From Paramecium tetraurelia (Eukaryota), in assembly GCA_000165425.1 (NCBI GenBank), contig CT867993.1, forward strand, positions 248,001 to 302,836: 54,836 nt of DNA. Direction: 5' to 3'. This document shows, in pieces, positions 1-13,900 of the stretch; within the stretch, counting starts at the first letter, position 1; each line of letters begins with the position of its first letter. The position numbers and the translations under genes are program-made. Below the pieces are notes generated by a model. That model made no database searches. It saw only the letters and a program-made list of their open reading frames with translations, and had not been told where the DNA came from.

Positions 1-959
1 GACCAAATATATATTATATGAGTGAAATCTATTTCCTAACTTATTTAATTATCATTAGTTTTGATTGTGTATTCAAACCAGCCATAGTAGTCTGGCATAG
101 TATCAATATAAAACGAAAATGAAGAATAGTTCTCTAGTTAACGCCAAATTTAAATTAGATTTTCCTCTTTTTCTTATTATTGTTGAATTTATTAAATTGT
201 AGAACACAAAATCAAAAAATAAGAAAATAATAACAAAAACTAAGAAGATAACGAATATAAATTCAATGACATATTCAAATACTTATTATTACTTGCTCTC
301 TTTTTCATAAATCAATTAAAGTAATAATTTATGGTATCACTTTACTATCTGATGCAATTAGTCCTAAATTGAATAATCATGAAATCAAAATAAATTGTAA
401 CTAATGAAATAAATATATTTGTATGAATTGTTATCAGATAATAAATAAGAAGCAAATTTAGTCTTTGAGGTTTCCTAACTTTGATAATAATTAAGAAATA
501 TGAGAATATTATGTGTAAAAAATATTTAATCAATATATATCATCAATATTTACATCAATTAGCAATTATGATAAAACACTCCATAACATTGTATAATCTT
601 AATGCCTATTAAAATTAACAATCATGATAAATTTTGTAGAAAATAATTATTAACAAGCAAAACTAATTATTATTTAGAAATAAATTCTATTGAATTTTTT
701 TTTAGAAAAGAAAGAAATTATACTTAAATTAATTTCTAAGTATTCTCTGAAATACTAATGTCTTTATTAGTATTGACACATATGTTCACCTTTTGTAGAA
801 TTTTCTAAGTAAAATTGATCTATAGCCTTAAATAATTTATTGATTAACATAAATCAACAACTACAAAATAGATACTAATAAATTAACTTATATGTTGATT
901 ACTATTTAAATTATCTTTTAGTGATAATTTGTAATAAATTATATAAATTATTTTTAATA

Positions 960-3049
960 ATGAAAATAATAATTGACGCCATAAATTATGAATCAGATTA
1001 GAATAATTATTAAGTAAAATTAAAATGTGGACCAACAGTGTTATAAACAGTGTTAGGAAACAATTGGAATCACAGGTTTGTTTTAGAACATAAAAAAACA
1101 TCAGAAATCAGAGTTGAAGTTTGGCAGAAACCTAATGAGGAATACTAATTAATTGGAGATTCAATAGTTTAGAGAATAGAGGGTGCATAAAGATTGAAAA
1201 TAAAATAAAATAACAAGGAATAGGGTTTTATCAATGTGTTTTATAAGGAAGTGAAGGACTCAGTTACACAATAAATTCTTAGTTAAGACTCATTGAATGT
1301 AAGTATTAAATGAACTTTAGTTATCCAAAATAGAAAAATAAGCTTAAGCCCTTTAGAAATTGAATGATTCATTATCGATGATGCCCAGTCCACGTCAAGA
1401 TTTTGGATCCGTAAATGAATATTTCTCATAATAATTTTAAAATGAAGATATAGTAGGAAATTCGAAGTAAGTAGCTACTAAACTCGTAAAGGAATCATTT
1501 GATAGAGTATTACAAAACATCCAAATTGAAAAAGAAACTCATATTCAAGAGGATGATGAAATGGTGGAAAACGAAATAGAAAAAAAAAATATTGAGAAGG
1601 TGCAAAAGTAATTGATGAAAATTGATTGTAATAAATTGGAGAGAAAAAGAAAACAAATAAGTTCTGAGATTCTCTAATTAGATGAGATAGCTTAATCATT
1701 GAGAATAGATCAGATAGATTAAAAATAATAAATATAAAATCTAAGACAGGATTTGTTATAGAAATTGCTTTATCTTGAAGAATAGATTGAGCATTTAAAG
1801 AAGTAAATAAGAAAGTAGAAACATCATGTGTTTGGAACAAATCCTAATTTAGTAAATAGTGAAATAGAAATGAGTTCGATTAATTTATAAAAATAATTTG
1901 TTGAAAAATGGTAATAAGATCCTAATGTCGAAAAACAAAGACAAGATTTCATATAGAAGTAGATACAGGAATGGAATGACATTTAAATTTAAAGGAAAAA
2001 GAGGATTGAAGATCAATTTAAAAAGATTGAGTAAGAAGCAAAAATAATACTGTAAAAATAAAATGAACTATAATCAACAACAAATGCTAAAAAGAGGGAA
2101 GAGATAGAAAAGTATTTAAAGCTATTAGAAGAACAGTAAGCAAAAAGAAAAGTTGAATTAGAAGAAGCCAATAAGAGATTTGAAAAAAAGAAAAAAGAAA
2201 AATATCTTGCCTTAAAGTATGCAGAATAGGATGCTACATATATGATTTAATTGCAACAAGACAGAAAGAAAATACTGGCTTAAAATAAAAATCCAGATTT
2301 TGATGCAAAAGAAATCAAATAATTCGAAGATAAATTTAATTAAATTCATCTTGAAAAATAGAAAAAACGAAGGATCTAATGGGAAGAACGAGAAGCCTAA
2401 TGGAATAAGTTTAAGGCTTAATATTATTCATCTTCATATCAAAAGGCTAAGGATTAATATTACAGAATTGAAAACGTGATTGAATAAGAAAAATAAGAAC
2501 GATTAAATAAACTTTCATAATATATAAAGGAAGTAAAATAAAATCACAAACCTACTGTCTCTGAAGAACTTTAAGAGAAACTTATATTAATTAAAAACTC
2601 CATAAAGCATTAGAATGACTTTAAAAAATATTAATCTCTCTCCAAAATCGTTCAATCTAAGCATTAATATCATGGTGTTAGTAAAGAGAAATTATAAAAA
2701 AATATGAAAAAAAAACATAAACTTGTGCCTTTGGTGAATTTGCCAACCAAAATATCACCAAGAGACGTAGGAGATTTTTATTTAAAATAAAGCGCTACTT
2801 ATAATATTAAAAATATTCCCCCTATACATCAGGTTTAGAAGAATGATAATGCAGCTAAAGAATCAGCAACATCTCTACCAAATCCTAAAGTATTTGATTA
2901 TTTGAAACACTAAAGGATAATGAGAGCTTAATTTGAAAATGTAATAGTATAAATATTTTTAGACTTAAAAAAATGAAAATGAAGTCCTGTAAAAAGAAGA
3001 TTAATAAATGCTTGATTAAATTAGGATAAATCTATTTTATTTAAAGTGA
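960..3049 (+). CDS. Hypothetical protein: N-terminal C2-like domain plus long coiled coil
   Basis: Code-6 ORF MKIIIDAINYESDQNNYQVKLKCGPTV...WNHRFVLEHKKTSEIRVEVWQKPNEEYQLIGDSIV (C2-like pattern). Introns 1299-1320 and 2941-2962 (22 nt, GTA..TAG). E/K/Q-rich middle; TGA at 3047-3049. Confidence 0.75.
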
Positions 3050-3294
3050 ATGTTATTAATTTTTATTCAAATTATATTAATTTTGTTGATTAATTGATCA
3101 TTCATATAAAATAAATTTAGGGCAATTTCATAAAATATATATTTTCATAACTCTCAGATCTCATATTATTATTGAACCTTGATATCAAGCCATGTAAATC
3201 CGACTTTTTAATATCAATTTGAATAATTCTAAACAAAATATAAGATGATATTAAATTAAATATGTTCAATTTTTTTAGATTATATTTTTAATTA

Positions 3295-5957
3295 ATGTTT
3301 TAACCAAAATAATTGCATTTACCTACAGTTCCTCAGACATAAGAAATTGAATATTCGAAATAGTCCTTTGAAGACAGCGTCTTGAAAATTTAGAATGTTT
3401 CATTGGCAACTAGGTTGGACTATTTAAAAAAGACAATTAAGGAACAAAAATCTATTATTACAGAATTAGTGGAAAGAGATATCAGACATCAAAAGTTTTT
3501 TAGTTTTCTTGAAATAACTTGGAGAGGGTTTTTATAGAGAAGTCTGAGAATTGAAAGTATTGTAAAGAAAAAGGGACTTTTGGAGAACAAATATCTAAAT
3601 GCTTTTTAATATTTGGATGATGTAAGTTAATTGAAATATGTTAGATCTTCAATAGTCAATACTTAATGTGTAATAATATAGAAGGACAATTCAAAAAGTA
3701 AATTAGCCATAAGTTTGAGTAATTTTTGAGAATAATAGAGAATATTTATTTTGAGATCTCTCTGGAATACAGTGAATTCATGGAGATGATTAAGGATAGA
3801 ACAAATTAATTGTTAGATTTAGAGGAGCAAGATTATATGGAATATGTGAAAAAGCTAATCAGCACAAATAAAGAATTGACCAAAAGGAATCAGGATATGG
3901 AGTAAAATTTGAAATAGATATAAAAAATAAAGGAAAGGAAATTGAGCGATCTAGATGGTTAGATAGGATTCTAAACGATATATTAGTTATAATCTTTGAT
4001 TGCTGAAAGCAAGAAACAAAACGAAACTTTGAGTAGAAGATTGAGAATATTAATGAATTACAGTGACAAATCAATAAATTAAAAATTAAATGAGGAGGAG
4101 GAAAATTATGAATGTATATGCGGTGGAGTCTAGATGAAGTAGATAGGATTTAATAATCAATTGGATTTTGTTAGATAATCGTATGACAATAGTGAAGACA
4201 GATAATTGTAATTAACCAAATTGGATAGAAAAAATTAATAGCAAAATAATATTACTTACTCAATTTAACAGTTATTGCTAAAAACCTTAAAGAGCAAACA
4301 GATAAAGGTGACAGCTATTGAGGATGATTAATTGAATGTCACATTTACTCAACCTGAAATTAAGGACTTGGAATACATATTAAATAACTATTCAATACTC
4401 TTAACTCAGAATAAAAAATACCAATAATAAGTGATCTTATAGCAAGTAAAGATTAAGGAGTTGGAAATTAGCAATGAATACAGAGAGGATCAATTTGTGG
4501 AATCTGAAACTTTTAGTATTTTACAGACATAGAACATGAATCTTATAGATGTGAATTCCTAATTAACTTAACAATTATAGGCTTTGCAGACTTAGTATTA
4601 AGAGTTAATCAACTCAAAACAGTTTGACATAAATTAATTGAAAAGTCTTTATGAAGTTGAGATATAAAAAATGGCATCAGAAAATTGTCAATTAAGGAAA
4701 TTTTAACATGATTAACAAATTGGAATCAGGAATATACATCATGAAAGTGAGAGATACAATCAAAATCTGAATGAGAGATACGAATAAGCATAGAAGATTA
4801 TAGATGCTTAAAGTGGGGAGAATAATGTATTGAAGTCTGCCAATAAGGAATTGAGAACTACCTTGGATGAGTTAACAAAATAACACTAAGAGCTTTAAAA
4901 TAAATACAATGAAATAGAAATGGTATCAGTATATTTTTGATATTCTTAGAAAAATGTTGGATTGATGGCTAGAATTCCAGGTGAATTGAATATTGAGTAA
5001 CTGACACTGAGACATAATAAACATAAGGAGTGTATATAAGAAGCACTGTAAATAATTATTCGACATTAACCATAATTTAAAGAGAAATTTTAAGAGTTGG
5101 TAGGGTATATCAAGACAAGAGATTAAAGAATTGAATAGTTTGAGAAGGAGATAAGCAAAAAAGATAAATAAATTCAAGATCAAAAAAGGCATTTGCAGAT
5201 GATGATGGATGAAACTGATTACAATTCTAAAATCTACGAAGAAGTTATGGCTAAATCTAAGATGATTGAATAACAGTTATCAATTAAGGAGAAGAATGAG
5301 GCTATTTTAATTTAAGATAAATAAGCAGAAAAAACTAAATTTGAAAATGAAAGAATCTAATTCAAAGAAAAAGAAAGGTTGTAGTAAGAGTAAATCAATT
5401 AATTGCAATAATAAAGAGCAAATTAGCAATAACTATTTCAAAAATACACCCAAGAGAAGTTTTAAGTTAATTAAAATCATGGAGAATTAGTTAAACAATT
5501 AGAATTATATAAATCACAATATGAAAAATTATTATCTGAACAAAGTACAACTAAAATTGAGAGAGATTGTTATGCTTAAAAAATCTAAAAGTCTAAACTA
5601 ATTAACGATGAATCGTTGCTAGAAATAGACAAATTGAAACAAAAGATAATCGAATTAGAAACAAATATAGATGCGTAATAGTCGTTACTCAATAATCCTG
5701 CCTAATTAGAATAAACTAAAGGCTATCTAATATTGAAGAAGGATGATTCCATTTTTGAATAGGCTTAATTACAAAAGGTTAAGACAACTGCTTGTTGTAG
5801 TGAATGCAAAATGCAACTTAAAGAAGTCATCATTTAAAAGTGTATGCATATGCTTTGCAAATCATGTGGGGAAATTGCTTAATTAAAAGAATCTTGTCCT
5901 ATTTGTAAGGTCAGTATAAATTTAGTGGATATTTGGGCAACTAAAGTCTAGGAATGA
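3295..5957 (+). CDS. BRE1/RNF20-like E3 ubiquitin ligase (coiled coil + C-terminal C3HC4 RING)
   Basis: ATG 3295, intron 3622-3644, ~800 aa coiled coil, ending ACCSECKMQLKEVIIQKCMHMLCKSCGEIAQLKESCPICKVSINLVDIWATKVQE*. Terminal RING with the 'V-I-x-K-C-x-H-x-x-C' pattern and overall architecture of Bre1 (recalled family pattern). Confidence 0.7.
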
Positions 5958-6218
5958 ATTATCGAGTATTAATTATTATTAATTTTTATAAAAATTATAT
6001 CTCATGGTATACTATTTACTTTATATTATTTCTATGAAGTAACAATTGCTCATATGAAAATTCTATTGCGACAGAAGAATTCTTGTTACTATTTTATTAT
6101 TTCATCTTTAAGGCAATTAGTAAATTGAAAATTCTTTGAGACAATTACTGACAGTCTTGTTTTAAATAATCAAAAAAAAAGATGTTCACAAGTACATATT
6201 AAATTATTTAAAATAAAT

Positions 6219-9200
6219 ATGAATTAAACATCATCAAGAGAATATGGTAACATTCAAAGTTCAAACTCTTCGAGAATCTAATCTAGCTCTCTTACAAAAG
6301 CACATTCGAAATTACAATAATAAATGCCATAAAATGAATTCGTAATGGAATATCCTTGTTAACCAAAAGACTCTATCACCTATGACATAAACGGAATCGA
6401 CCTTGACATCAAAGAACATTAAATACTTGATTCATACTCGAATAGAAGTAAATAGTAACATTCTTAATCCATGATTATTTTGGCAGTATATTATTTAGTT
6501 TGATATAGGAAAGGAGAAAAATTACATCTCCATCGATTAAAAAAAACAAGAAAAAAATAAAAATGGAATAAATTATCAAAAAATTTATAGAGAAAATTAA
6601 GATTAGTAATAATTTATACACGAAATAACCTTATGTTAATACACTATTATAAACTTATTCCATCCCATTCGTTAAAGAAAAGGCAAACAATCTAAGTGTA
6701 ATGGACAAGATAAAGCAATCTATAAGGCTTCCTATTCCAAGACAATGTAAGTTGAGATAATTTTGGAAATTATTAATGCAAATCACTTATTTAACTACTG
6801 TTATTTTTTCTCCACTAATTTTAATTTATCCAAGCAACATTTACATTTAAGCCCTATTATTTACATAATTAACATTATTAGTCTTTAATTCAATTTTAAA
6901 TTTAAATACATGCTTTTACAAAAACGGAGTAGAAGTAACTCATTTACCCACAATTCAATTGAATTATTTAAGAAGATATGGGTTACAGGATATAATATAA
7001 TACTTGTCATTTATCTTTATTTTATAATTTTGTGAATAGAATTAATAAATTTCGATAATTGCTTTAATTATATTGAATCTTCTCATTATTAGATTAATCA
7101 AATTAAATTCTCTAATATCGTAATAAAATAGTATTATTTTGGGTTGGCAATTTGTTAAAGGATTAGCTTATTGTCATTTTTTTTCTTTAATTTCAATTTC
7201 ATACAATGAGGATATAGGTTTGGAATCGATTAACGTATAATTGAAATACTACTTGAGCTATCTACATGAATATATAAATGAATATTTGACTCTACAAAGT
7301 TGTTTAGTAAACAGTACAAATTTTGAATTGTTAATATCATTTTTGATCCAAATTATTTTTACATTCAATAGAGTAAAATTAATTTTAGATCTCTTATTTT
7401 ACTTTCATTAAAATGTCCATAAGTATTTATTGAAGAAAAATTATCTTGATTTGAAATCTTACTTGCAGAACCATTAAGTTGATTAAAATCTAATGAAAAA
7501 AGCACTTAGTAATTACAAATTTGAGATGAAAAAAGATTATTAACAGTAAAATTTCATGATGGATTCCCAATCTATTAAGTATATAGATTATGAAATTTAG
7601 AAGGCAATTTAGAATACTGTGAATACTAAATACTTTAAGAAAATCTTGGTATTAGGTTAATTTTCATAAAATATCTAAGAAAAACTAGTTGAAAATATGT
7701 CCATACAGTATTTTCAACCTAATGAAATAATATTGAGATAAAATTGCAAAGATGATGATTCCATCTATTTAATTAAAAAAGGATAAGTAAAGGTATGTTA
7801 TTAGAGTGGGAATAAGAAATAGTTTGGGATTAAATCATTGGGAGAAATGTAAACGTTTGGTGAGGTCTCCTTTTTTACTGGACTACCTAGAACAAGTACA
7901 ATAGTCAGTCTAGGTCCTGTTGAAACATATAAAATTAGTAGAAGCGATTTCTTAGAGTCAATTAAAAATAACCGTCAAGATTTGGTATATTTAAGTAATA
8001 AAATAGGAAATAGCAACCTATATGAAAGATTAAATCCTATAGAATAATTAATATGGTTTAATTGGATTAAAATGCTTTTGTTGTAAATCGAAAGAGCATT
8101 TGATATTTTAATGCGACAAACTTCATTATAAGCCTGATAAAGAAAAGATTATTAGTAAATACTAATATGCTCACCTTTAATCAAGGAGATAATGTAACAA
8201 TTTAACTATGAATAGATAAAAGGAGTCACAGGAGAACAAATAATACTAGAGAGCATCTATTCCAAATAGGAATGGCTGGGGAAGAGTTTCAGGAAAATAA
8301 TTATTTTTTAGAAGATTAGTCTGAGATACTAAAAGAGTTAACATAAAATTATAATTTCTAATCTTCTACCAATATTTAACAAAATCAATCTTAAGCAGTT
8401 GGATTATTTCCAAGTAGGGAAAGAATTAAGTCAGTCGATAAAAATAGCATTTTATTGATAAGTGAAATAGATGATGTGAGAGAGTAGTTTTAAGAATTGG
8501 ATCCAATGGTTTATAAAAAAGATAAAGGTCATTTCCCTTCAAATAATAATTTTCCAATAAAGGAAGTTATTTAAGAACTTGAAGGGGAAGACTCAAGTTC
8601 AAATTCAAATGATACTATACCTAATGATATTTGTATTACTCATTTGCAACCTAGTTCAGATAAACAAAAGTAAAATACTAATTTATTAACAATTCCTGAT
8701 AAAGACAAACTTCAAGAAATGCTAATAATTAATCCCAACAGCCAAGGTCAACAAGTGAATAGTAGTTGCTAAATTCAACACTCTTAGGAAATGAAAAACT
8801 CTTCTATATAAAACAAAAAATCTTTAAGCTAAACTTTGTTACATGTTCAATAGAATGATTTCACTAAAAAAAATGATAATTTGAAATCACCTAGCAGGTA
8901 GGCTTATTATGATGAACTCGATTTAAATCCTTTGGATCGATCATCTCCTGGGATGAAAAAGATAAATAAAAGCCCATAATAAAACAAAGCTAAGATAGAA
9001 GAGAGTCCATAAATATTTATAGACCTAAATAATAATTCTGTAAATTAGAAATTATAATTTAGAGTCATTTTTTCTGTTTAGAAGATAAAGAAGAATTAGA
9101 CAAAGCATAAAATTACATCTATTATTACCCGTACTTCAACCCTGAATTTTTAATTAATTAGTAATTAATTTGGACTAATATTAGATATAATCATTTTAAA

Positions 9201-9293
9201 ATTCATAGAATCCAAAAATATGTTAAAAAAAGTCCTTATACTATCAGTTATGTTATTAGTGATAAAATTAAATAAAAAGCCATTTTAAAATGA
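6219..9293 (+). CDS. Cyclic-nucleotide-binding-domain (CNBD) channel-like membrane protein with degenerate pore
   Basis: Hydrophobic segments ~6750-7400; CNBD FQPNEIILRQ..IYLIKKGQVKV..QTFGEVSFFTGLPRTSTIVSLGPVETYKISRSDF; then CFCCKSKEHLIFQC and a tail ELDKAQNYIYYYPYFNPEFLI. Introns near 6486, 7984, 8194 and 9040-9062; TGA 9291-9293. Confidence 0.8.
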
Positions 9294-9496
9294 TCTAAAT
9301 TAAATTATTCTACACGACAATTTTGTATCAAATAATTTATAATTTTGAGTATAACCAAGTATTCATGAAATTCTAAATTAACTTGGAGAGGTTATGCATT
9401 GTATTTTTCTATTATTTATTCCATTTTCTATTAATTTATGAAAAATGTTTTTAATAGTTTTTAATTTTATATATTAATAATAATTTTAAATTATAA

Positions 9497-10818
9497 TCAC
9501 ATCGAAGGTTATTAAATCACTATACCTTTCTTTTAAAGAACAGATAGCTATTCTTTTAACACATTAGTTAACATCATAGTTTCTAAAAGAACCTTTTTTA
9601 ATTCAGATTGTCTCTCCTTTTTATTAATTACTTTAGATTGATGTTAATTTTAAGAATCTTATTGGATCTCATCTTTTTGTGTTCCTAAGTGTTACAAGCT
9701 CTTCTGACTTTTTTTATTTTCTGAAAGAACTTCCCATATTTTTAGATTCCTTCCCTCATTGTATTTATTCTTTATCATATTATATTCTCTTTGAAATTCT
9801 TCCAGAGTCATGTCCTTATTGAATCGATCTAGTTCATACATATGGACCTTGAGATTGCCTTGTGCTGATTTATATGCCCTGTAAGTGATCTTGCTCTCCA
9901 ACAACTGTGATAATTCATTGGCTTCTCCCATTTTTATAAGCATTTCATATTCAAATTCATTTTTTCCTTTAGATATTGTTAATTACAATAACCTATCCAT
10001 TTCTTTTTCTTTCTCCTTAGCTTTTTATAGATAATATTTAGAGAGATTCTGCACAGGTCTTTCTTCACCTCTTTTATATTAATTGAATAGAGTTACATTT
10101 TGAATTCAGTAAATCCTGATTGTTTACTCTTGTAGGATATACCACTGATAGGTCTGAAATCTTTGGGAGCAGTCCTTGTTGCAGAAGCAGATTGTGGTTT
10201 ACTTTTCTTTTGAGCAGAGAACTTCCTTTTGCTAGCCTAAGCCATGTGTAATGCCTTCTGTTTGATGAAATCAAGCATTGTATCTTTAAATATATGGTAG
10301 TGTTTTTACTTTCATTTGAATTCCAGGCTTATACTTTTTTGCAGATGTTCTCAATAGTGATTTTACCAAATTCATTTTCTAAATCACTCAACACTTGATT
10401 AATTTCTTCTTATGTAAAGGTGAAGCCTAATTAAATTGAGAAATATGGAAACCTGCCTAACCGAGAAATGATACAAACTCTTCTGGAGAGGCATTGACAG
10501 AATCTGATTTCCAAAATTATTCAATTTTAATATTGTTAAATGTAACTAGCTAGTTAAATTTCTGTAAAGCAATAGAAATAGGGATTGCGTTCTCGTTGAT
10601 ACTTTGCTTTTTTTATGTGAATTTAGAACTTTCAGGTCTTCCGTGTTTGGATTCAGGTCTTTTGTCTTACTTCTTGTGTAACATCTATTGTGTTGGGTGG
10701 ATAATTACTTCGTATTATTTCTTCCAGGTTTCTTCAAATTTGTCATCTTCACTTCCATCGTCTTCTACAAAATTCTATTTATGTTGAATATGTGAAATAC
10801 ATCTTGATCTTCGTCCAT
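9497..10818 (-). CDS. Hypothetical protein with an EF-hand-like helix-loop-helix pair
   Basis: Minus-strand code-6 ORF MDEDQDVFHIFNINRILQKTMEVK...; segment SPEEFVSFLGQAGFTFTQEEINQVLSDLENEFGKITIENICKKV (after a 26-nt intron near 10428-10453) resembles a degenerate EF-hand pair. Includes track ORF 9692-9943. Confidence 0.6.
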
Positions 10819-10975
10819 TTTGAATAAATAAGTATTATAATTAATATCAACTTGTCGAATATAATGATTTTGTGTATAACTGAAGATTTTAACTGATAGT
10901 ATATCATTTTTAATTCGAAAGTACTTACATACAGAAAAGAGTGAAAAATATGATGTTATATAACTAATTAATATA

Positions 10976-13900
10976 ATGAATAATCTTCGATATGGCTAAA
11001 TTGTCAGAATTCAGGGGGATTATGGAATGATAGTCACCAAAGGGTATAGTATTATGGTGATAATGTTAGATACACTCAGACGAATGTATATTACATGACC
11101 TTCACAAATTTGGCCAAGATAAGCAATTTTCGGGAGTCATTATTTTAAGTGCTTCCCAAAGGGAGCTTTGAAATTCATGATGAATTCATGAAATCTCACA
11201 AGAAGTAAGCCAGCAAGTATCATTAAATTAGAGCGAATCAGGATCTGCTTGATTAACGACTGAAGACAGAATTGAACTAATATTTTTCTTTTGTGGAAAC
11301 CAAGATGGATGAAGAGGTTCTGTTTGGTCAGGAGATAGTATTGAAACATTTTGATTCCGAATACTTTTTGGTTGGATCTTACAAGTGCTCAGAATAGTCG
11401 ATGGAGGCATTTCAGGTAAGTCTGAGTAGCAAGCCTTCGAGTCAAGCATTATTTAGAATAGAAGCATATTAAACCTATCAGAAGGATGGTCAGCAAATAT
11501 ACTTTGATGAACCCTTCTTATTGGTGAATACGAAGCAATAATTTTGTTTGGATTTTATTGAAAAACCAATACAATGGTTAGATGATGAAAGTTGTTTGGC
11601 CTACATCAAGCGATTAAATGACGTGCAAAGACACTAGGTGATAATTACTCATAACAGCAAGACTAGTTGGAAAATGAAGTTATTTATGCGGAATGATTAG
11701 CGAATCGAAAAGAAATCGATAAGGAATTACGAATTAATATATTTATAATACACTGAAGATGGAACGTATTTGAATGGAGAACAATAGATCATTTCATTAT
11801 AACAAGCAGGATTGAATATTCCATTGACAGCCATTTGGGAATTGCAAGTGTTATAACCTACTAATGATTTCAAACGCAATCAACCGTAGATAAACAAGGA
11901 TAATTAAAGAGGATCGGTTTTCTAAAATAACTTTGATTTTTTGAAGGAATTTTCAAGAGTTGCACCAAGACAGAAGAGCGTTGTCGAGTACTAATAGTAA
12001 GCCTAATCATAAGTCACTAAGAAAACTCCCCAGTAAGAATTCATCCTTAGAAACTACATCTCAGGTAAGGTGCTTACCTCTAGAGGTTAATTGCCCTAGT
12101 TGCATGATTATATTTAAGAACCCAACTAAGTTGTGGAAATCTTGCCTGCCAAGTAAGGGTAACAGGAGATTGTAGAGAATTCTTATATTCAATTGTCAGT
12201 CGATAAGGAATTGTTATAAAATGTTGAGATCGAAGACTAATGGAATGATAGTATCAAAGAAGATGAAGAGATAGAGTCTACGGTGATAAAGAAATAGTTG
12301 GCTTTTGAGGAGAAAGAACATCAACATGCTTTCCAAATCAAAAAAGTCAAAGGGAATATAAAAAACAATTTAATGTTTGTGTTATCAGCCTAAGAAGTGC
12401 TGTTCTAATTTGTTTTGATTTTGAATAAACAAGTTGATATTATTTGGAAATTGCTTCATGCTTAATAGTTATCATAAGTGGTGGAAGTTATTCAATAATT
12501 GATTCAATTCTTGTAATTCGAGGTGGCCAATCGTTAGTAATGTATCAAGGAAACCTACATCATTGATTTGGCTATGAAAATCTTGGTGCCTATATATGAG
12601 AAGAAGTTGTATGCCACTGATGTTAAGAATTTACAAAAAAAGATGAAAAAGATATTCAAATTAACCTATTAATTGATTAAGGAGTTAACGTAGAATAACA
12701 AACAACTTAAGTAAGATATGGGAAAGTATTTGAAAGATTTTTTAGAACAAGCCATGGATGACGAAGCAAGAGCTCAGGACAGTTTAAAAGAATTGTTAGA
12801 AGACAATTATGAGTCTATTTAGAAGTTTGTCACTGATGATCATATTCAGAAAGTATTTGAGAAAATGAAACAAAATCCCAATGAAAAATATTTATCAATT
12901 CTAAGCAGTATTTGTGTTTGCAAAGGAAGAGCCATTTTGAAGAATCAAATTTTAATTTTAAAATTAGTATTTCAAAGCAATGAATTGTTGAATTTCAAAT
13001 TTAGATTGAATACTAAAAACAAGGTTGAAGTGCTCTGTAGGATCAATAAATTAAAACCTATGTGGCGAAGAATTCGTTAAATATACTAGGAAAGTCAGGA
13101 GTAAGATGGATTGTAGACTTGGAATTACCTCTAAGGCTATTTCAACCTCTTAGGAGATGTGTGTTATAACAGGAATAAATTAGCATAAGACTTTGTAAAA
13201 GAAAACATCTCAATTTCAATATTATTAGCCTTAGTAGAAGATAGTCATTCTCAATCTATAAATACATTTGAATCGTATTTAAAAGTAATTCATTTGGCAT
13301 TTGTAGACACTCCTGGATATCAAACCCTTGTGATTAGCAAAGTCATAGATTGGGAGGAGAACGAATAAATTTCAATAGAGAAAAGAATGTCAATGAGAAG
13401 AATCAATAGTTTTGGTGGGTTTAGTAATCATTTGCCATTGTAAAATGTAAGCGATCTCAACAATATCATAAAGTATGTCTAACAGTTTATTGCCAAATTC
13501 ACTCATTTTACTTATGATTAGAAATATAATTAGACTCTGCAAAGAGTGCTCATGATAATCAAAACCTTATTGACGATGAATCTAGAAATAGACACTATGC
13601 AATTATTATAAGATTTGTTGAGAATATGTTCATGCTAGAAGGATTTCTAAAATTTAGAATAATAAAAGGGAGAAGAGAATATCAAAAAGGCTAAACATAG
13701 GATGACTAAAGTATCATCAGAGAACAAACCAATAATGGAATGCAAGATGCTAGCCTCTAATATTATATTAAATATACTTGATCTTGAGAATGATATTAGG
13801 ATTAATGAGATGGTAGCTTATTTTAGAAGTAAGAGAGGAAGTGATTATACTAATGATTCAGCAAATAACTCACCTCCTAAAAAGGGACTAATAAGTGGTA

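Noticed and set aside
1..930. Possible plus-strand gene at the window start
   Set aside because: Coding-like composition, but each frame I tried hits TGA within ~60 codons and I could not build a consistent intron model.
345..5192. Minus-strand hydrophobic ORFs in the track (345, 883, 1478, 3859, 4926)
   Set aside because: Mostly antisense shadows of K/E/Q-rich plus-strand code-6 genes, or chance ORFs in AT-rich DNA.
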